From contig OZ242374.1 in the NCBI GenBank assembly GCA_965209055.1, forward strand, positions 5,152,001 through 5,216,000: DNA of 64,000 bases, in the 5' to 3' direction. The notes under the pieces were generated by a model. It saw only the letters and a list, made by a program, of their open reading frames with translations, searched no databases and was not told the origin of the DNA. The DNA is from Acidobacteriota bacterium (lineage in GTDB: Bacteria > Acidobacteriota > UBA6911 > RPQK01 > JAJDTT01). Made by a program: the position numbers and the translations under genes. Of the stretch, positions 37,846 through 48,637 are shown piece by piece (the stretch's first letter is position 1; each line of letters begins with the position of its first letter).

Positions 37846-40071
37846 TCAGCGGCGGGAAGCGTCTTCGGCCGTGCCGGTTGATACCGCAGCCACCTCTTCC
37901 GTCAACAACCGGGCCAGGACCTCCGGCTCCGAGGTGGGCAGCCGGCAGACGTAGTTCTCGCAGACATAGGCGGTCGCCTTCCCATCGACGGGAACCATGG
38001 CGCGGACGGCCGGGTTGCTTTTCCCCAGGGTTTCCTGGCCGGTTCGGCCATCGGCAAACAGGAGGACCTTGTTGGGAACGTAGGTGGAATGGACCACCTT
38101 GAGCAGAGCCCCCATCGCGTCGCCCGCCGGGTCGCCCGCCAGCACCACCTGCTTCGGCGTGCCCAGGTGGAAGTCGAGAGCGGCGAGCATGTGGGGTAGG
38201 GATTCGGGATGCTCCCGCAGCCGGTCCCCGAAATGCTTCAGGGCCGCGCCGGCCAGTTTCTTCCACTCCGGTTGGTGGGTCATCTCCGCCAGGCGCAGAA
38301 GGTTCCAGACGGCGACCGAGTTCCCGGCGGGTTCGGCCCCGTCGTAGTCGTCCCGGGTCCGCAGAATCAGTGACGCGTCCTGTCCCGAGGTGTCGAAGAA
38401 GGCCCCCGATTCCTTGTCGTAGAAGAGATCGACGGCCGCCTCCATCAACTCCATGGAGCGCTGCAGGTCGCGGATGTCGGAACCGGCCTGGTAGAGGTCG
38501 ATGAGGCCCATGACCAGGAACGCGTAGTCCTCCAGGTGCCCCTCGAACCGGGCTTCCCCCTCCCGGTAGCGCCTCAGAAGCCGTCCCGTCTCCTTCTGGC
38601 AGAGGTGCTCCAGGACGAAGTCGGCCGCCCGCCGGGCCTCAGCCAGGTATGCGGCCTCCCCCAGAACCTGGTGGGCCCGGGCGAAGGCGGAGATCATGAG
38701 GCCGTTCCACGAAACCAGGATCTTGTCGTCCAGGTAGGGCCGCACCCGCTGGTTCCGGACCTCGAGCAGCAGGCGCCGCGACTCCCGGAGAACCGCATGC
38801 ACCTGATCCGGGGGGATTTGGAACTTGCGCGCCGTCTCCTCCCGGGTCTGGGCCCGATAGAGAATATTCTGGTTCACGAAGACCTTGTGGGGGTCGCTGA
38901 GAGCGTTCCCGCCGGGCTCGACCCCGAAGCTGTGGGCGAATATGGCTCCCTTCTCAGGCCCCAGGATCCGGTCCAGCTCCGCCTTGGTCCAGACATAGAA
39001 GGCCCCCTCCCGTTTCCGCTTGGGTTGGGACGGATCAGGGGCGCTTTCGGCATCCTCGGCGGAAAGGAACCCCCCGGGCGGATGGGTGAGCCGCCGGCTC
39101 ACGTAGTCCAGGGTGCTTCGGGCCACGGAGGCGAAAAGCGGATTCCGGGTCAGTTGATAGGCCTCCAAATAGGAGTTCACCAGTTGGGCCTGGTCGTAGA
39201 GCATCTTCTCGAAGTGGGGGACCCGCCACTGGCGGTCCACGGCGTAGCGGTGAAAGCCCCCCTCCAGATGGTCGAAAATCCCGCTGGCCGCCATCCGTTC
39301 CAAGGTGGTCAGGGTCATTTCCAGAGCCCGGCTCTTGGCCTCCCTCCGGTCATACCGGAGCAGGAAGTTGAACACCACCGGACGGGGAAACTTGTTCCCG
39401 CGCCCGAATCCGCCGTAGGTTTCGTCGTAGCCGGCGCGAATGGATTCGTACCCCTGCTTGAGAATCGACGCCTCCAAGGCCGCATCGCCGGCCTCCACGC
39501 GAGCCTGCTCCCGTAGTAATTGGGTGAGTTGGCGGCCCGCTTCGGCGATGTCGTCCGGATGCTTGGCCCAGACTTCATGAATCCGGCCGATGAGCGGCCG
39601 AAAGGTGTCCGGGGGGACGTAGGTCCGTCCGAAGAAGGGTTCGAGCTCGGGCGTCAGGAACATGGACATGGGCCAACCGCCGCTCCCGGTGAGGGCCAGC
39701 AACGCCGACATGTAGATGCGGTCCACGTCGGGGCGCTCTTCCCGATCCACCTTGACGTTGATGAAGTACCGGTTCATGAGGTCCGCGATGCCGGGGTCCT
39801 CGAACACTTTCCGCTCCATCACGTGGCACCAGTAGCAGGTGGAGTAGCCGACGGAGAGAAAGATGGGACGGTTCTTCTCGCGGGCCAGCCGGAAGGCCTC
39901 TTCTCCCCACGGGTACCAGTCCACCGGGTTGTAGGCGTGTTGCAGCAGGTAGGGACTCTTCTCTTGGATCAACCGGTTGGAACGGACTTTGGAGGCTTCC
40001 TCGCCGGTCGCCGAGCTGGTTGGGGAAGCGGTTCCGAACAGGAGCATTAGGAGCGTCAGAGCCGGTCTCAT
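37846..40071 (-). CDS. Thioredoxin-domain / six-hairpin glycosidase-like protein (YyaL/DUF255 family)
   Basis: [57 protein letters not shown]. Confidence 0.94.
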   Translation of the reverse strand: MRPALTLLMLLFGTASPTSSATGEEASKVRSNRLIQEKSPYLLQHAYNPVDWYPWGEEAFRLAREKNRPIFLSVGYSTCYWCHVMERKVFEDPGIADLMNRYFINVKVDREERPDVDRIYMSALLALTGSGGWPMSMFLTPELEPFFGRTYVPPDTFRPLIGRIHEVWAKHPDDIAEAGRQLTQLLREQARVEAGDAALEASILKQGYESIRAGYDETYGGFGRGNKFPRPVVFNFLLRYDRREAKSRALEMTLTTLERMAASGIFDHLEGGFHRYAVDRQWRVPHFEKMLYDQAQLVNSYLEAYQLTRNPLFASVARSTLDYVSRRLTHPPGGFLSAEDAESAPDPSQPKRKREGAFYVWTKAELDRILGPEKGAIFAHSFGVEPGGNALSDPHKVFVNQNILYRAQTREETARKFQIPPDQVHAVLRESRRLLLEVRNQRVRPYLDDKILVSWNGLMISAFARAHQVLGEAAYLAEARRAADFVLEHLCQKETGRLLRRYREGEARFEGHLEDYAFLVMGLIDLYQAGSDIRDLQRSMELMEAAVDLFYDKESGAFFDTSGQDASLILRTRDDYDGAEPAGNSVAVWNLLRLAEMTHQPEWKKLAGAALKHFGDRLREHPESLPHMLAALDFHLGTPKQVVLAGDPAGDAMGALLKVVHSTYVPNKVLLFADGRTGQETLGKSNPAVRAMVPVDGKATAYVCENYVCRLPTSEPEVLARLLTEEVAAVSTGTAEDASRR

Positions 40072-40109
40072 GCGGGCACGCTCCATCCCCCGGTCGGGTT
40101 GGAAACCAC

Positions 40110-41255
40110 TTACCAAGCCTCCCTGTAGATCTCCATGGCGCCCAGGGAAGTGAGAAGACGCGGATTGAACTCCACCGTCCAATGGGAGGAGGCCTCAGCG
40201 GCCAGAGTTTCCAGATCCCCCTCCAGAACGCCCTCGCTCCGAAGCTCCCGCGGGAGCCCGGCCAACGCGGCCAATTCGTCCAACCGCCCGGCCAGAGACC
40301 CGGAAGCATCCCTCCCCTTCCAGGAGTTTCCGCCGGAAAGGTGCAACAGATCCCCAAAGGCCGATTCGGCCACGGTGCCCGTCCAGCGGATGACCGGCGA
40401 CAGCAGCAGGCCGATGGCGACCCCGTGGGGCGTCCGGTAGCGGGCGGACAAAGGATTGGCGCAAGCATGGGCCGCGCCCACCGCCGAGTTCTCGATGGCC
40501 AGGCCGGCATAGAAGGCGCCCAATTGCATCGCGCCCCGGGCCTCCAAGTCCGTGGGGTCGCGCAGCGCCCGCTCGTAGTTCCGTTCCAACAGCCACCAGG
40601 CTTCGCGGGAGAAGGACTGGGACAGCGCGGAGCTCCGCTTGCTGCAATACGATTCCACGGCATGGGAAAGGGCGTCGAATCCGGTGGCGCTGCTGACGTC
40701 GGCCGGTTGGGAAAGGGTCAGGCAGGGGTCGAGTATGGCGATGCGAAAAGCGGCCTGAGGGTCGCCACAGGCCATTTTCACGTGAGTTCGGGCATCCGCG
40801 ATGATGGCGTAAGACTGCGCCTCACTCCCGGTCCCCGTTGTGGTGGGAATCCCGATCATGGGCAGCATCCGCCCCCGTGCCCGGCCGTAGCCCCGGTAGT
40901 CCTGGATCCTTCCCCCGCCGCCCAGCAGGAAGTTGATGCCCTTGGCGCAGTCCATGGAACTGCCCCCTCCGAGCCCCACCAGCGAATCGATTTCCAGAGG
41001 CCGCGCGAACCTGGCGCCTCGTTCCACCATCCGCGAGTCGGGATCGGGTCCAAAGTCGTGGAATCGATGCACTCGGACTCCGGCCTCGGCAAGGATGCCG
41101 GAGACCGTCTCGACATGGCCCGACTCCACGAGCCCCGGGTCCGAGACCAGCAACGTCCGCCGGAATCCCAGTTCCCGCGCGGCTGGAGCCAACTCGCGGA
41201 CCGATCCCTCACCGAAGATCACGCGCGTGGAAGTGTCGAAAACGAACGATTTCAT
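40110..41255 (-). CDS. Iron-containing alcohol dehydrogenase
   Basis: [40 protein letters not shown]. Confidence 0.94.
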   Translation of the reverse strand: MKSFVFDTSTRVIFGEGSVRELAPAARELGFRRTLLVSDPGLVESGHVETVSGILAEAGVRVHRFHDFGPDPDSRMVERGARFARPLEIDSLVGLGGGSSMDCAKGINFLLGGGGRIQDYRGYGRARGRMLPMIGIPTTTGTGSEAQSYAIIADARTHVKMACGDPQAAFRIAILDPCLTLSQPADVSSATGFDALSHAVESYCSKRSSALSQSFSREAWWLLERNYERALRDPTDLEARGAMQLGAFYAGLAIENSAVGAAHACANPLSARYRTPHGVAIGLLLSPVIRWTGTVAESAFGDLLHLSGGNSWKGRDASGSLAGRLDELAALAGLPRELRSEGVLEGDLETLAAEASSHWTVEFNPRLLTSLGAMEIYREAW

Positions 41256-41303
41256 GGGATCCGCAGGCAGGTTAGCACGGGCCTCTATCCGGGGCTATGA
41301 AAT

Positions 41304-41738
41304 TCAGACCTGCAACGGATTCCGAGTAACCAAGCGGGGAAAACGGCTGAAGTCCCGGTCGACCGTCCAGAACTCCGTGACGCCGGAGGCGATACAGATC
41401 GCCGCAATCCTTGCATCGTGCACCATTGCCCCTCTCACTCGTCCGTTTTCGAGTTGCTTCTTGAGAATATTCCAGTGCGTGTCGGTTTCGGTGAGCAGTT
41501 CCGCAATCGGTGACTCCAGCCACGCTTCCACTTGGTTCAGAGCTTCGGAGATCGTCGACGGCGGATCGTAGATTCGCGGGTGAGTCACAACGGACAGGAA
41601 CTCGTGAATACACGGCCATGGCAACCCCCAAGTCACCCGTCCTTGGGCAAGTGACTCAAGACAGGACTTCGCGGGCCCATGCCATTCGGAGTCGGCGCGG
41701 TGAGCGTAGACAAGAATATTGGTATCCGCAGCTATCAA
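41304..41738 (-). CDS. vapC: PIN-domain toxin (VapC family)
   Basis: IAADTNILVYAH, EFLSVVT, HDARIAAI, TVDRDF. Confidence 0.92.
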   Translation of the reverse strand: MIAADTNILVYAHRADSEWHGPAKSCLESLAQGRVTWGLPWPCIHEFLSVVTHPRIYDPPSTISEALNQVEAWLESPIAELLTETDTHWNILKKQLENGRVRGAMVHDARIAAICIASGVTEFWTVDRDFSRFPRLVTRNPLQV

Positions 41739-41980
41739 CTGCCTCGGTCCTTGTAGATGGTGTCGCGGATACTCGGCCAATCGGCGCCGCGATAGGACGG
41801 CTGCAAACCCCGGCCGCCAACACTGGCGTCCCTCAACTTGAAGCGGGTCCGCTGGCTGTCGGCGCGCAATGCCATGCGCAGCCCACGTTCAATCAGTGAC
41901 CGTAACGTGACGTTCTCCTTGGCTGCATGGGCCTTGGCCTTCCTGGCGAGGCCGTCGGCAATCTCGATCGTGGTTTTCAT
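41735..41980 (-). CDS. VapB-like antitoxin
   Basis: MKTTIEIADGL...TLRSLIERGLR; overlaps the PIN gene start. Confidence 0.88.
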   Translation of the reverse strand: MKTTIEIADGLARKAKAHAAKENVTLRSLIERGLRMALRADSQRTRFKLRDASVGGRGLQPSYRGADWPSIRDTIYKDRGS

Positions 41981-42143
41981 ATGGGGCTCCGGTCCGTTTG
42001 ATATGGTTTTACAGTTTACTAATGCTGTAGACCCATATCAAGGGAATTGTGGCGAGCATCCGGAACCCTTTGCATGTAGACTCCCGGTGGCAAACGGGAA
42101 ACCGCCGAGGATCGAATTCCGACATGCCCGGGACGGCTGACTA

Positions 42144-43244
42144 GTGACTCCAAGCGATCACCCCCACGTCGAATTCGAGCGCGTCAGCAAGAGCTATGAC
42201 GGCCGGACTCTGGTGGTCCGGGACCTGAACCTCACCGTCGCCGAGGGGGAGTTCCTGACCCTGCTGGGGCCGTCCGGTTCCGGCAAGACCACGTGCCTGA
42301 TGATGCTCGCCGGCTTCGAAGCTCCCACCTCGGGCGCCATCCGCATCGACGGACGATCGGTGCATGACCTGCCGCCCCGGAAACGCGAAATCGGCGTGGT
42401 TTTCCAGAACTACGCCCTCTTCCCGCACATGACGGTGGGAGGAAACCTGGCCTTTCCCCTGGAAGTGCGCGGCCTCGATCCGGAGAAGATTCGGGAGCGC
42501 GTCCGGCGGGCGCTGGAACTGGTGCGCCTGGACGGCATGGAGGACCGGCGTCCCGGCAAGCTTTCCGGCGGCCAGCAGCAACGCGTCGCCATTGCCCGGG
42601 CGCTGGTTTTCGAGCCGCGCCTGGTCTTGATGGACGAACCGCTGGGTGCGCTGGACCGGCGGCTGCGCGAGGAGATGCAGTTCGAGGTCCGGCGCATCCA
42701 GCGGACCCTCGGCGTGACCGTCGTCTACGTGACCCACGATCAGCAGGAAGCCATGGCCATGTCCGACCGCGTCGCCGTCTTCGAGGAGGGCCGCGTCGAA
42801 CAGGTCGCCCCTCCGGAAATTCTCTACGAAGAGCCGGAACGCCAGTTCGTGGCCCGGTTCATCGGAGACAACAACATCCTGTACGGAAAAGTGGTGGACG
42901 TCGACGGCGATTTCTGCCAGGTGGACGTCGATGGTGGGATCGTCAGGGCATTCCGGATCGCGCCCAGCCGGCTCGGGGACAGGGTGGCCATTGCCATTCG
43001 GCCGGAAAGAGTCTCCCTGGCGCCCAAGCCCGGCGTCTACCACAACGAGTTCAACGCCCGGGTCGAGGACATCCTGTTTCTGGGCGATCACCTGCGGCTT
43101 CGCCTGACGGTCTGCGGCCACTCGGACTTCATTGCCAAGATTCCCAACATCGTGGGGCACGGCGCCGTATTGGAAGGAGACCAGGTCCGTATCGGCTGGC
43201 TGCTGACCGATTGCCGGTCGCTGGAAGCTCCGGGCCAGGAGTGA
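42144..43244 (+). CDS. potA: Polyamine-type ABC transporter ATP-binding protein
   Basis: GPSGSGKT, VFQNYALFPHMTV, LSGGQQQR, DEPLGALD, TOBE tail. Confidence 0.9.
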   Translation: MTPSDHPHVEFERVSKSYDGRTLVVRDLNLTVAEGEFLTLLGPSGSGKTTCLMMLAGFEAPTSGAIRIDGRSVHDLPPRKREIGVVFQNYALFPHMTVGGNLAFPLEVRGLDPEKIRERVRRALELVRLDGMEDRRPGKLSGGQQQRVAIARALVFEPRLVLMDEPLGALDRRLREEMQFEVRRIQRTLGVTVVYVTHDQQEAMAMSDRVAVFEEGRVEQVAPPEILYEEPERQFVARFIGDNNILYGKVVDVDGDFCQVDVDGGIVRAFRIAPSRLGDRVAIAIRPERVSLAPKPGVYHNEFNARVEDILFLGDHLRLRLTVCGHSDFIAKIPNIVGHGAVLEGDQVRIGWLLTDCRSLEAPGQE

Positions 43245-43253
43245 GGACAGTCC

Positions 43254-44369
43254 ATGACGAAGTGTCGATTCAAGAACCGGAACACCCCGTCGGCCGGCGC
43301 CGCTGCGATATTCTCCCTCGCCGTCCTGGCCTGGTCCCAAGGCTCTCTAAGCGCAGAATCGGTGACCGCCGTCTCCTGGGGAGGCTCCTATGCCCGGGCC
43401 TGCACCAAGGCCATCCACGATCCGTTCACCGCCGAGACCGGCATCGAGGTCCGCATGGAGGACTACAACGGCGGACTGGCCCAGATCCGGGCCCAGGTGG
43501 AGACGGGCAACGTGCATTGGGACGTGGTCGACCTGGAAATGGCGGACGCCGTGCTGGGTTGTGACGAGGGTCTCCTGGAACCCATCGACGCCGCCGGCCT
43601 CCCACCGGGACCGGACGGCACGCCCGCCGAGGAGGACTTCTTCCCCGAAACCCTCACCGAGTGCGGTATCGGCGTCGTCTACTACTCCACGATCTATGCC
43701 TACAACGAGGAAAAAATATCCGGCCCCAAGCCGGCCGCCATCGGCGACTTTTTCGACCTGGAGAAGTTTCCGGGCCGGCGGGGAATGCGCCGGACGCCCG
43801 TGGTCAACCTGGAGTTCGCGCTGATGGCGGACGGCGTGCCCATGAAGCAGGTCTACGCCACACTCGACACGCCTGAGGGGGTGGACCGGGCCTTTCGCAA
43901 GCTCGACACCATCAAGGAACAGATCATCTGGTGGGAAGCGGGCGCCCAACCGCCCCAAATGCTGGCGGACGGCGAGGTGGTCATGAGCACGGCCTACAAC
44001 GGCCGCATCTTCAATGCCCAGGTCCTGGAGAAACAGCCCTTCGTGGTGGTCTGGGACGGCCAGGTGCTGGATTGGGGTCAGACGGCCATCGTGGCCGGAA
44101 CCCGGAACCTGGAGGCGGCTAGGAAGTTCGTCGCCTTTGGGGCCAGGACCGAATCCATGGCCGCCATCGGCCGTTACATCTCCTACAGTCCGGTGCGGCG
44201 TTCCGGCACCTCGCTCATTTCGACGCACCTGGAGACCGGGGTGGACATGAAGCCACACATGCCCACGACCCCCGCCAACGTGGCCAATGCCCTGCACAGC
44301 GATTGGGAATGGTGGAGCGATCACTCGGACGAAATGAACGAGCGTTTCAGCGCGTGGCTGGCGCGCTGA
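43254..44369 (+). CDS. Polyamine-type ABC transporter substrate-binding protein (PotD-like)
   Basis: SWGGSY, WDVVD, FPGRRG, LMADGV, AYNGR. Confidence 0.88.
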   Translation: MTKCRFKNRNTPSAGAAAIFSLAVLAWSQGSLSAESVTAVSWGGSYARACTKAIHDPFTAETGIEVRMEDYNGGLAQIRAQVETGNVHWDVVDLEMADAVLGCDEGLLEPIDAAGLPPGPDGTPAEEDFFPETLTECGIGVVYYSTIYAYNEEKISGPKPAAIGDFFDLEKFPGRRGMRRTPVVNLEFALMADGVPMKQVYATLDTPEGVDRAFRKLDTIKEQIIWWEAGAQPPQMLADGEVVMSTAYNGRIFNAQVLEKQPFVVVWDGQVLDWGQTAIVAGTRNLEAARKFVAFGARTESMAAIGRYISYSPVRRSGTSLISTHLETGVDMKPHMPTTPANVANALHSDWEWWSDHSDEMNERFSAWLAR

Positions 44370-45553
44370 GGAAGCCTCAACTGCGGGCGGCGGCGCTGGT
44401 GCTGCCGTTGTCGGCCTTCATCCTGGCGACCTTCGTAGCGCCGCTGGCGACCATGCTGACGCGTAGCGTCTACGATCCCATGGTCGCCGATACGCTGCCT
44501 GAAACCCTGGCTCTGCTGCGCGGGTGGGACGGCCGGAGCACTCCTTCCGAGCCGGTCTTCGAGGCGGCCTCCCGGGAGATTCTGCAGGCCCGGGAAGACC
44601 GGAGTCTCGGACGGGTGGCGACGCGCGTGAACCGGGTGGAAGCGGGACTGCGCAGCGTCATCATGAAGAGCGCCCGCAGGCTGCGGCGCGTCAAGGAGGT
44701 CGACTCCTGGCGCGACGCCATGATTTCCATCGCTCCCGAATGGGGCGAGGCGAAAACCTGGCGCGCGATTCGCCGCGCCGGGGAACGGATCACGACGCGC
44801 CACTACCTCCACGCCCTGGATCTGCAGCGTGACGCCGACGGAAGCATCGTTCTCCAACCTGAGCAACGGCGTGTCTATCTGCCGCTTCTGAGGCGCACAT
44901 TGGCGGTCAGCCTTGGGATCACCGTTCTATGCCTGCTGTTGGGTTACCCGCTGGCGTATCTCATCGCCCACGCGCCGCCCCGCCGGGCGAACCTGCTGCT
45001 GTTGCTGGTGCTGGTCCCCTTCTGGACGTCGCTGCTGGTGAGGACCACCTCCTGGATCGTCCTGCTCCAGACCCAGGGGGTGGTCAACGATCTGCTCGTG
45101 GCGCTGGGGCTGATCGCCGACGAGAACCGGATCTCCATGATCTACAACATGACCGGCACCGTGGTGGCCATGACCCACGTCCTGCTGCCGTTCATGGTGC
45201 TCCCGATCTATTCGGTCATGCGGACGATTCCGCCGCTGTACATGAGCGCCGCCGCCTCATTGGGCGCCAGCTTCCCCCAGGCGTTCCGGCGGGTCTATTG
45301 GCCACAGACGCTCCCCGGTGTGGGCGCCGGATCGCTGCTGGTCTTCATTCTGTCCATCGGCTACTACATCACTCCCGCGCTGGTGGGCGGACAGAGCGGC
45401 CAGCTCATCTCCAACATGATCGCCTATCACATGCAGCAATCATTGAATTGGGGACTGGCGGCGGCCCTGGGCAGCATCCTGCTGGCGTGCGTGGTGGCGC
45501 TCTATCTGCTCTACGACCGCGTCGTCGGCATCGACCGCATGAGGTTGGGTTGA
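44354..45553 (+). CDS. ABC transporter permease (PotB-like)
   Basis: LGYPLAY, PFWTSLLVR, AAASLGA, GYYITPALVGG; start codon uncertain. Confidence 0.88.
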   Translation: MAGALRKPQLRAAALVLPLSAFILATFVAPLATMLTRSVYDPMVADTLPETLALLRGWDGRSTPSEPVFEAASREILQAREDRSLGRVATRVNRVEAGLRSVIMKSARRLRRVKEVDSWRDAMISIAPEWGEAKTWRAIRRAGERITTRHYLHALDLQRDADGSIVLQPEQRRVYLPLLRRTLAVSLGITVLCLLLGYPLAYLIAHAPPRRANLLLLLVLVPFWTSLLVRTTSWIVLLQTQGVVNDLLVALGLIADENRISMIYNMTGTVVAMTHVLLPFMVLPIYSVMRTIPPLYMSAAASLGASFPQAFRRVYWPQTLPGVGAGSLLVFILSIGYYITPALVGGQSGQLISNMIAYHMQQSLNWGLAAALGSILLACVVALYLLYDRVVGIDRMRLG

Positions 45554-45554
45554 G

Positions 45555-46370
45555 ATGAGTGTGCCTGGGTCCGGATGGGAACGCGCCGGCCGAGTCTCCT
45601 ACCTGGCCTTCTGCGCCGCCGTCTTCCTGTTTCTGATCGCGCCGATCCTGGTGATCGTCCCCCTCAGCTTCAACGTGGAGCCCTATTTCACCTTCACCGA
45701 GGGGATGTTGCGCCTGGACCCGGAAGCGTATTCGCTACGCTGGTACCGGACCGTCGCCGAAGACGAAGAGTGGCGGCGGGCGCTGGCCAACAGCCTCATC
45801 ATCGGCATCGCGGCGACGGCGCTGGCGACGGCGCTGGGGACGCTGGCCGCGTTGGGACTGGCCAGCCCCGCCATGCCCGGACGGCCCCTGGCCATGAGCC
45901 TGTTGATTTCGCCCATGGTCACGCCGGTGATCATCTCGGCGGCGGGGATGTTCTTCTTCTACTCCAAAATGGGCCTGGCCCAGACCCACCTGGGACTGAT
46001 CCTGGCCCACGCCGCGCTGGGCACTCCGTTCGTGGTGATCACGGTCACGGCCACGCTTTCCGGCTTCGACGCCAATCTGACCCGGGCCGCCGCCAGCCTG
46101 GGCGCCGGGCCGGTGCGGACCTTTGCGCGGGTGCAGTTGCCCATCATCGCTCCCGGCGTGGTTTCGGGCGCGCTCTTCGCCTTCGCCACCTCCTTCGACG
46201 AGGTGGTGACGGTGCTGTTCATGGGAGGGTTGGAGCAGCGCACGGTACCGCGTCAGATGTGGTCGGGGATTCGGGAAGAGATCAGCCCGGCAATCCTGGC
46301 GGTCGCCACCTTTCTGATCGCCTTTGCGCTGGTATTCATGCTGGTCGTCGAACGTCTGCGCCGCCGGTAG
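45555..46370 (+). CDS. ABC transporter permease (PotC-like)
   Basis: YSLRWY, RAAASLGA, FATSFDEVV. Confidence 0.9.
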   Translation: MSVPGSGWERAGRVSYLAFCAAVFLFLIAPILVIVPLSFNVEPYFTFTEGMLRLDPEAYSLRWYRTVAEDEEWRRALANSLIIGIAATALATALGTLAALGLASPAMPGRPLAMSLLISPMVTPVIISAAGMFFFYSKMGLAQTHLGLILAHAALGTPFVVITVTATLSGFDANLTRAAASLGAGPVRTFARVQLPIIAPGVVSGALFAFATSFDEVVTVLFMGGLEQRTVPRQMWSGIREEISPAILAVATFLIAFALVFMLVVERLRRR

Positions 46371-46378
46371 GAGGGGGG

Positions 46379-46418
46379 ACTGTTAGTCCGGCGCTCTGTC
46401 CAACTGAGCTACGGGATT
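46379..46418 (-). other. tRNA 5'-half remnant (Arg-like D arm) at the left att site
   Basis: Minus strand CCCG-TA-GCTC-AGTTGGACA-GAGC-G-CCGGA-CT; no T arm or acceptor 3' strand follows. Confidence 0.8.
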
Positions 46419-46438
46419 GATCCTTTCCTATCAATAGG

Positions 46439-47545
46439 TTATCCCGATTCTCCTCTCAAATCGTTCCTCCTATTTCCTGCCTGTTGCCTGTTTGCTGCCG
46501 GTCGCATTTGTGAGTCTTCGGTAGCCTGTGCCTCCCGAATGCATGCGAGTGCATGAGAACTGACGTAACCCGCGTAGCGCATGGTCGTGCTGATCGACGA
46601 GTGCCCCATCAGCTTCTGCACCGTCCTCACGTCCACACCCTGCATGAGCCAATGGCTGCACCGGAATCGTCTCAGGTCGTGAAATCCGACCTTCAACCCC
46701 ACCCGCTCGGCGGCCCGGCGCAACGGCATGTCGGGATTCACCCATCTCGTCCCGGTCCGGGTGTTGACGAAGACATATGGGGTGCTCAGGTAGCGAACCA
46801 ACCCGGCCAGGTATCCGGCGGCGTACTTCGACAGCGGGATCTCCCTCGTCTCGTCGTTCTTGGTGAATTCCACCCATAGCAGCCTCCGGGATAGGTCCAC
46901 CCGTTTCCAGGTGAGCGACAAGGCTTCGCCTTTCCGTATCCCCGTCTCGCCGATCACCGCGATCATGGCTTGCAGGTAAGGGTTGTCCATCGCCTCGACC
47001 AGGTCGCGGAACTGTTGAACCGTCAAAGGCCGGAAGACCTTCGTGGGCTCTTTGAGTTTGGGGAACCTCACCAGCGGGTGCGTGTCCACTTCCCCGCACT
47101 CCAGCGCGTAGGAAAACAGCTTGCTGAGGGCGGCAATGTCGCGGTTCACCGTGGCCGGTTGCACCTGCTTCTTCCTCTGGGCGACGTAGCGGTACAGGTC
47201 CTTGCGTTGGAACTCCTTCAGGGGAATGTTCCCCAGCATGGCGTTGAGGCTCTTGAACGAGAGCGCATAGCGGCGGCGGGAGCGCATGCGAGGTTTGCAA
47301 TACTCCTCGAAGAAACGCTCATAGAAGCTCCGGACCGTCCAGATCGTTCGGTTGCCACCGGCGAGCTCTTGCTTGAGCTGCTTCCAGGTGCCGTCCAGGA
47401 TGCTGGACTCGATTCGTGTTTGAAGCGCCTGTGCGCTCCGGTAGTTGGGGGCGTACATTCGGAGCCGACCGGATCCGTGCGGCCAGTACTTGCTGACGAC
47501 GAAACGTCGTCTCCCCCGGCGATCCTTCACCTTGTAGATGCCCAT
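46439..47545 (-). CDS. Tyrosine recombinase / integrase
   Basis: Catalytic set TGIRKGE (R), TKN (K), HDLRR, MGHSS, TMRYA; GGAGGAG RBS before the ATG at 47545. Confidence 0.95.
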   Translation of the reverse strand: MGIYKVKDRRGRRRFVVSKYWPHGSGRLRMYAPNYRSAQALQTRIESSILDGTWKQLKQELAGGNRTIWTVRSFYERFFEEYCKPRMRSRRRYALSFKSLNAMLGNIPLKEFQRKDLYRYVAQRKKQVQPATVNRDIAALSKLFSYALECGEVDTHPLVRFPKLKEPTKVFRPLTVQQFRDLVEAMDNPYLQAMIAVIGETGIRKGEALSLTWKRVDLSRRLLWVEFTKNDETREIPLSKYAAGYLAGLVRYLSTPYVFVNTRTGTRWVNPDMPLRRAAERVGLKVGFHDLRRFRCSHWLMQGVDVRTVQKLMGHSSISTTMRYAGYVSSHALACIREAQATEDSQMRPAANRQQAGNRRNDLRGESG

Positions 47546-47559
47546 GCATCTCCTCCTTT

Positions 47560-47810
47560 CTGGATCCGGGTTCTTCGCCGTGGGGCGAATCGTACCACGG
47601 CTCCAGAGAATCGGCGTAGGCGCTGAGGTCCACCAGGGCAAAGGCGCGACGACGAGGACCGGCGGTTTCCAGTCCGGTTCTGGCATGGATGATGTGCAGA
47701 TCGGCCAGTTTGTGAATCGTGCGGACAGCCTTGCCCAGATACTAGGCTGCGGCGGCCACGCTGACGAGCCTCCGATTGGGCACCTGGATCAATGCGACCC
47801 GCTTGCCAAC
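47560..47810 (-). pseudogene. Excisionase-like HTH remnant with an in-frame TAG
   Basis: Manual translation RRLVSVAAAA*YLGKAVRTIHKLADLHII...RRAFALVDLSAY directly upstream of the integrase; boundaries approximate. Confidence 0.6.
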
Positions 47811-48197
47811 TCATCATGACGTTTGTTCTTTCACGCGAAGATACTCGTGCCAACCTCCCAGGTCATCGTTGCCAGCCGATCCACCACGTTCCGCGATTCT
47901 CATCTTGAACCTAGGAGCGAGTGCTCGGCGTTCGTTCACGAACGCGGTGAGCAGACTGGGTTCATTCGTGAAGAAGTCCCATTGACACGGTACTCCGCCC
48001 ACCTTCATCAATTTCCCAATTAGGCATGAGCCGGTAAATGGCGCTGGCGCTAGGGACCGTATGAACGTCTCGAACAGTCCGTGTATTGTACCGCTCACAT
48101 GCGGAATCCAGCCTCTGTTGCGCGCAAAACCTTAGTTTGTGGTACGTTGACATCTAGGTTGAAGGGTGGCTCCAGGATGCCTTTGCGGAGAAGTCAA

Positions 48198-48533
48198 ATG
48201 GCTAAGCAACCCAGAGATGCCGAACCGAGAGTTGAGTGGACTGAAGGGGAGTTCAGGGTTTCGCTTCCGCTTCAAGGCAGGATCATTGATGCCAAGTGGC
48301 GTCCCGGCACGACCACCGTGGTCCGGCTACGGGGGACAGGTACAGAAAACTGGAGCCCTGGCTTCGAGACACCGTTGAACGGCTGCAGCTTCGTCGGCCT
48401 AGTGCCCAACACGGAATATGAGATCCAAGTTACGCACAAAAACGCAAGGGGCGAAGGTCCTCCAATCAGGCTAAAGTGCAGAACGAAATCAAACGGCGAT
48501 GTTGGGAACATCATTCCGTTTCCGAAGAAATGA
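48198..48533 (+). CDS. Stand-alone fibronectin type III-like domain protein
   Basis: GLVPNTEYEIQVTHKNARGEGPP matches the FN3 strand F-G consensus; GGAG RBS; no signal peptide. Confidence 0.8.
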   Translation: MAKQPRDAEPRVEWTEGEFRVSLPLQGRIIDAKWRPGTTTVVRLRGTGTENWSPGFETPLNGCSFVGLVPNTEYEIQVTHKNARGEGPPIRLKCRTKSNGDVGNIIPFPKK

Positions 48534-48637
48534 AGTTCATGGTACCTACGCGCCGTTCATTTCCGTGCGCTCAGCCCCTTTTGCATGCGATCGAGGGCTG
48601 TAGCGCACGCGTCAAGAAACCACTAAGCTAGGCACCC

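Noticed and set aside
46379-46418. Complete tRNA gene
   Set aside because: Only the D arm and the 5' anticodon stem are present; no T arm or acceptor 3' strand at either att site
47742-47744. Recoded TAG (pyrrolysine or readthrough) in the Xis-like frame
   Set aside because: No supporting machinery is visible; a nonsense mutation is the simpler explanation
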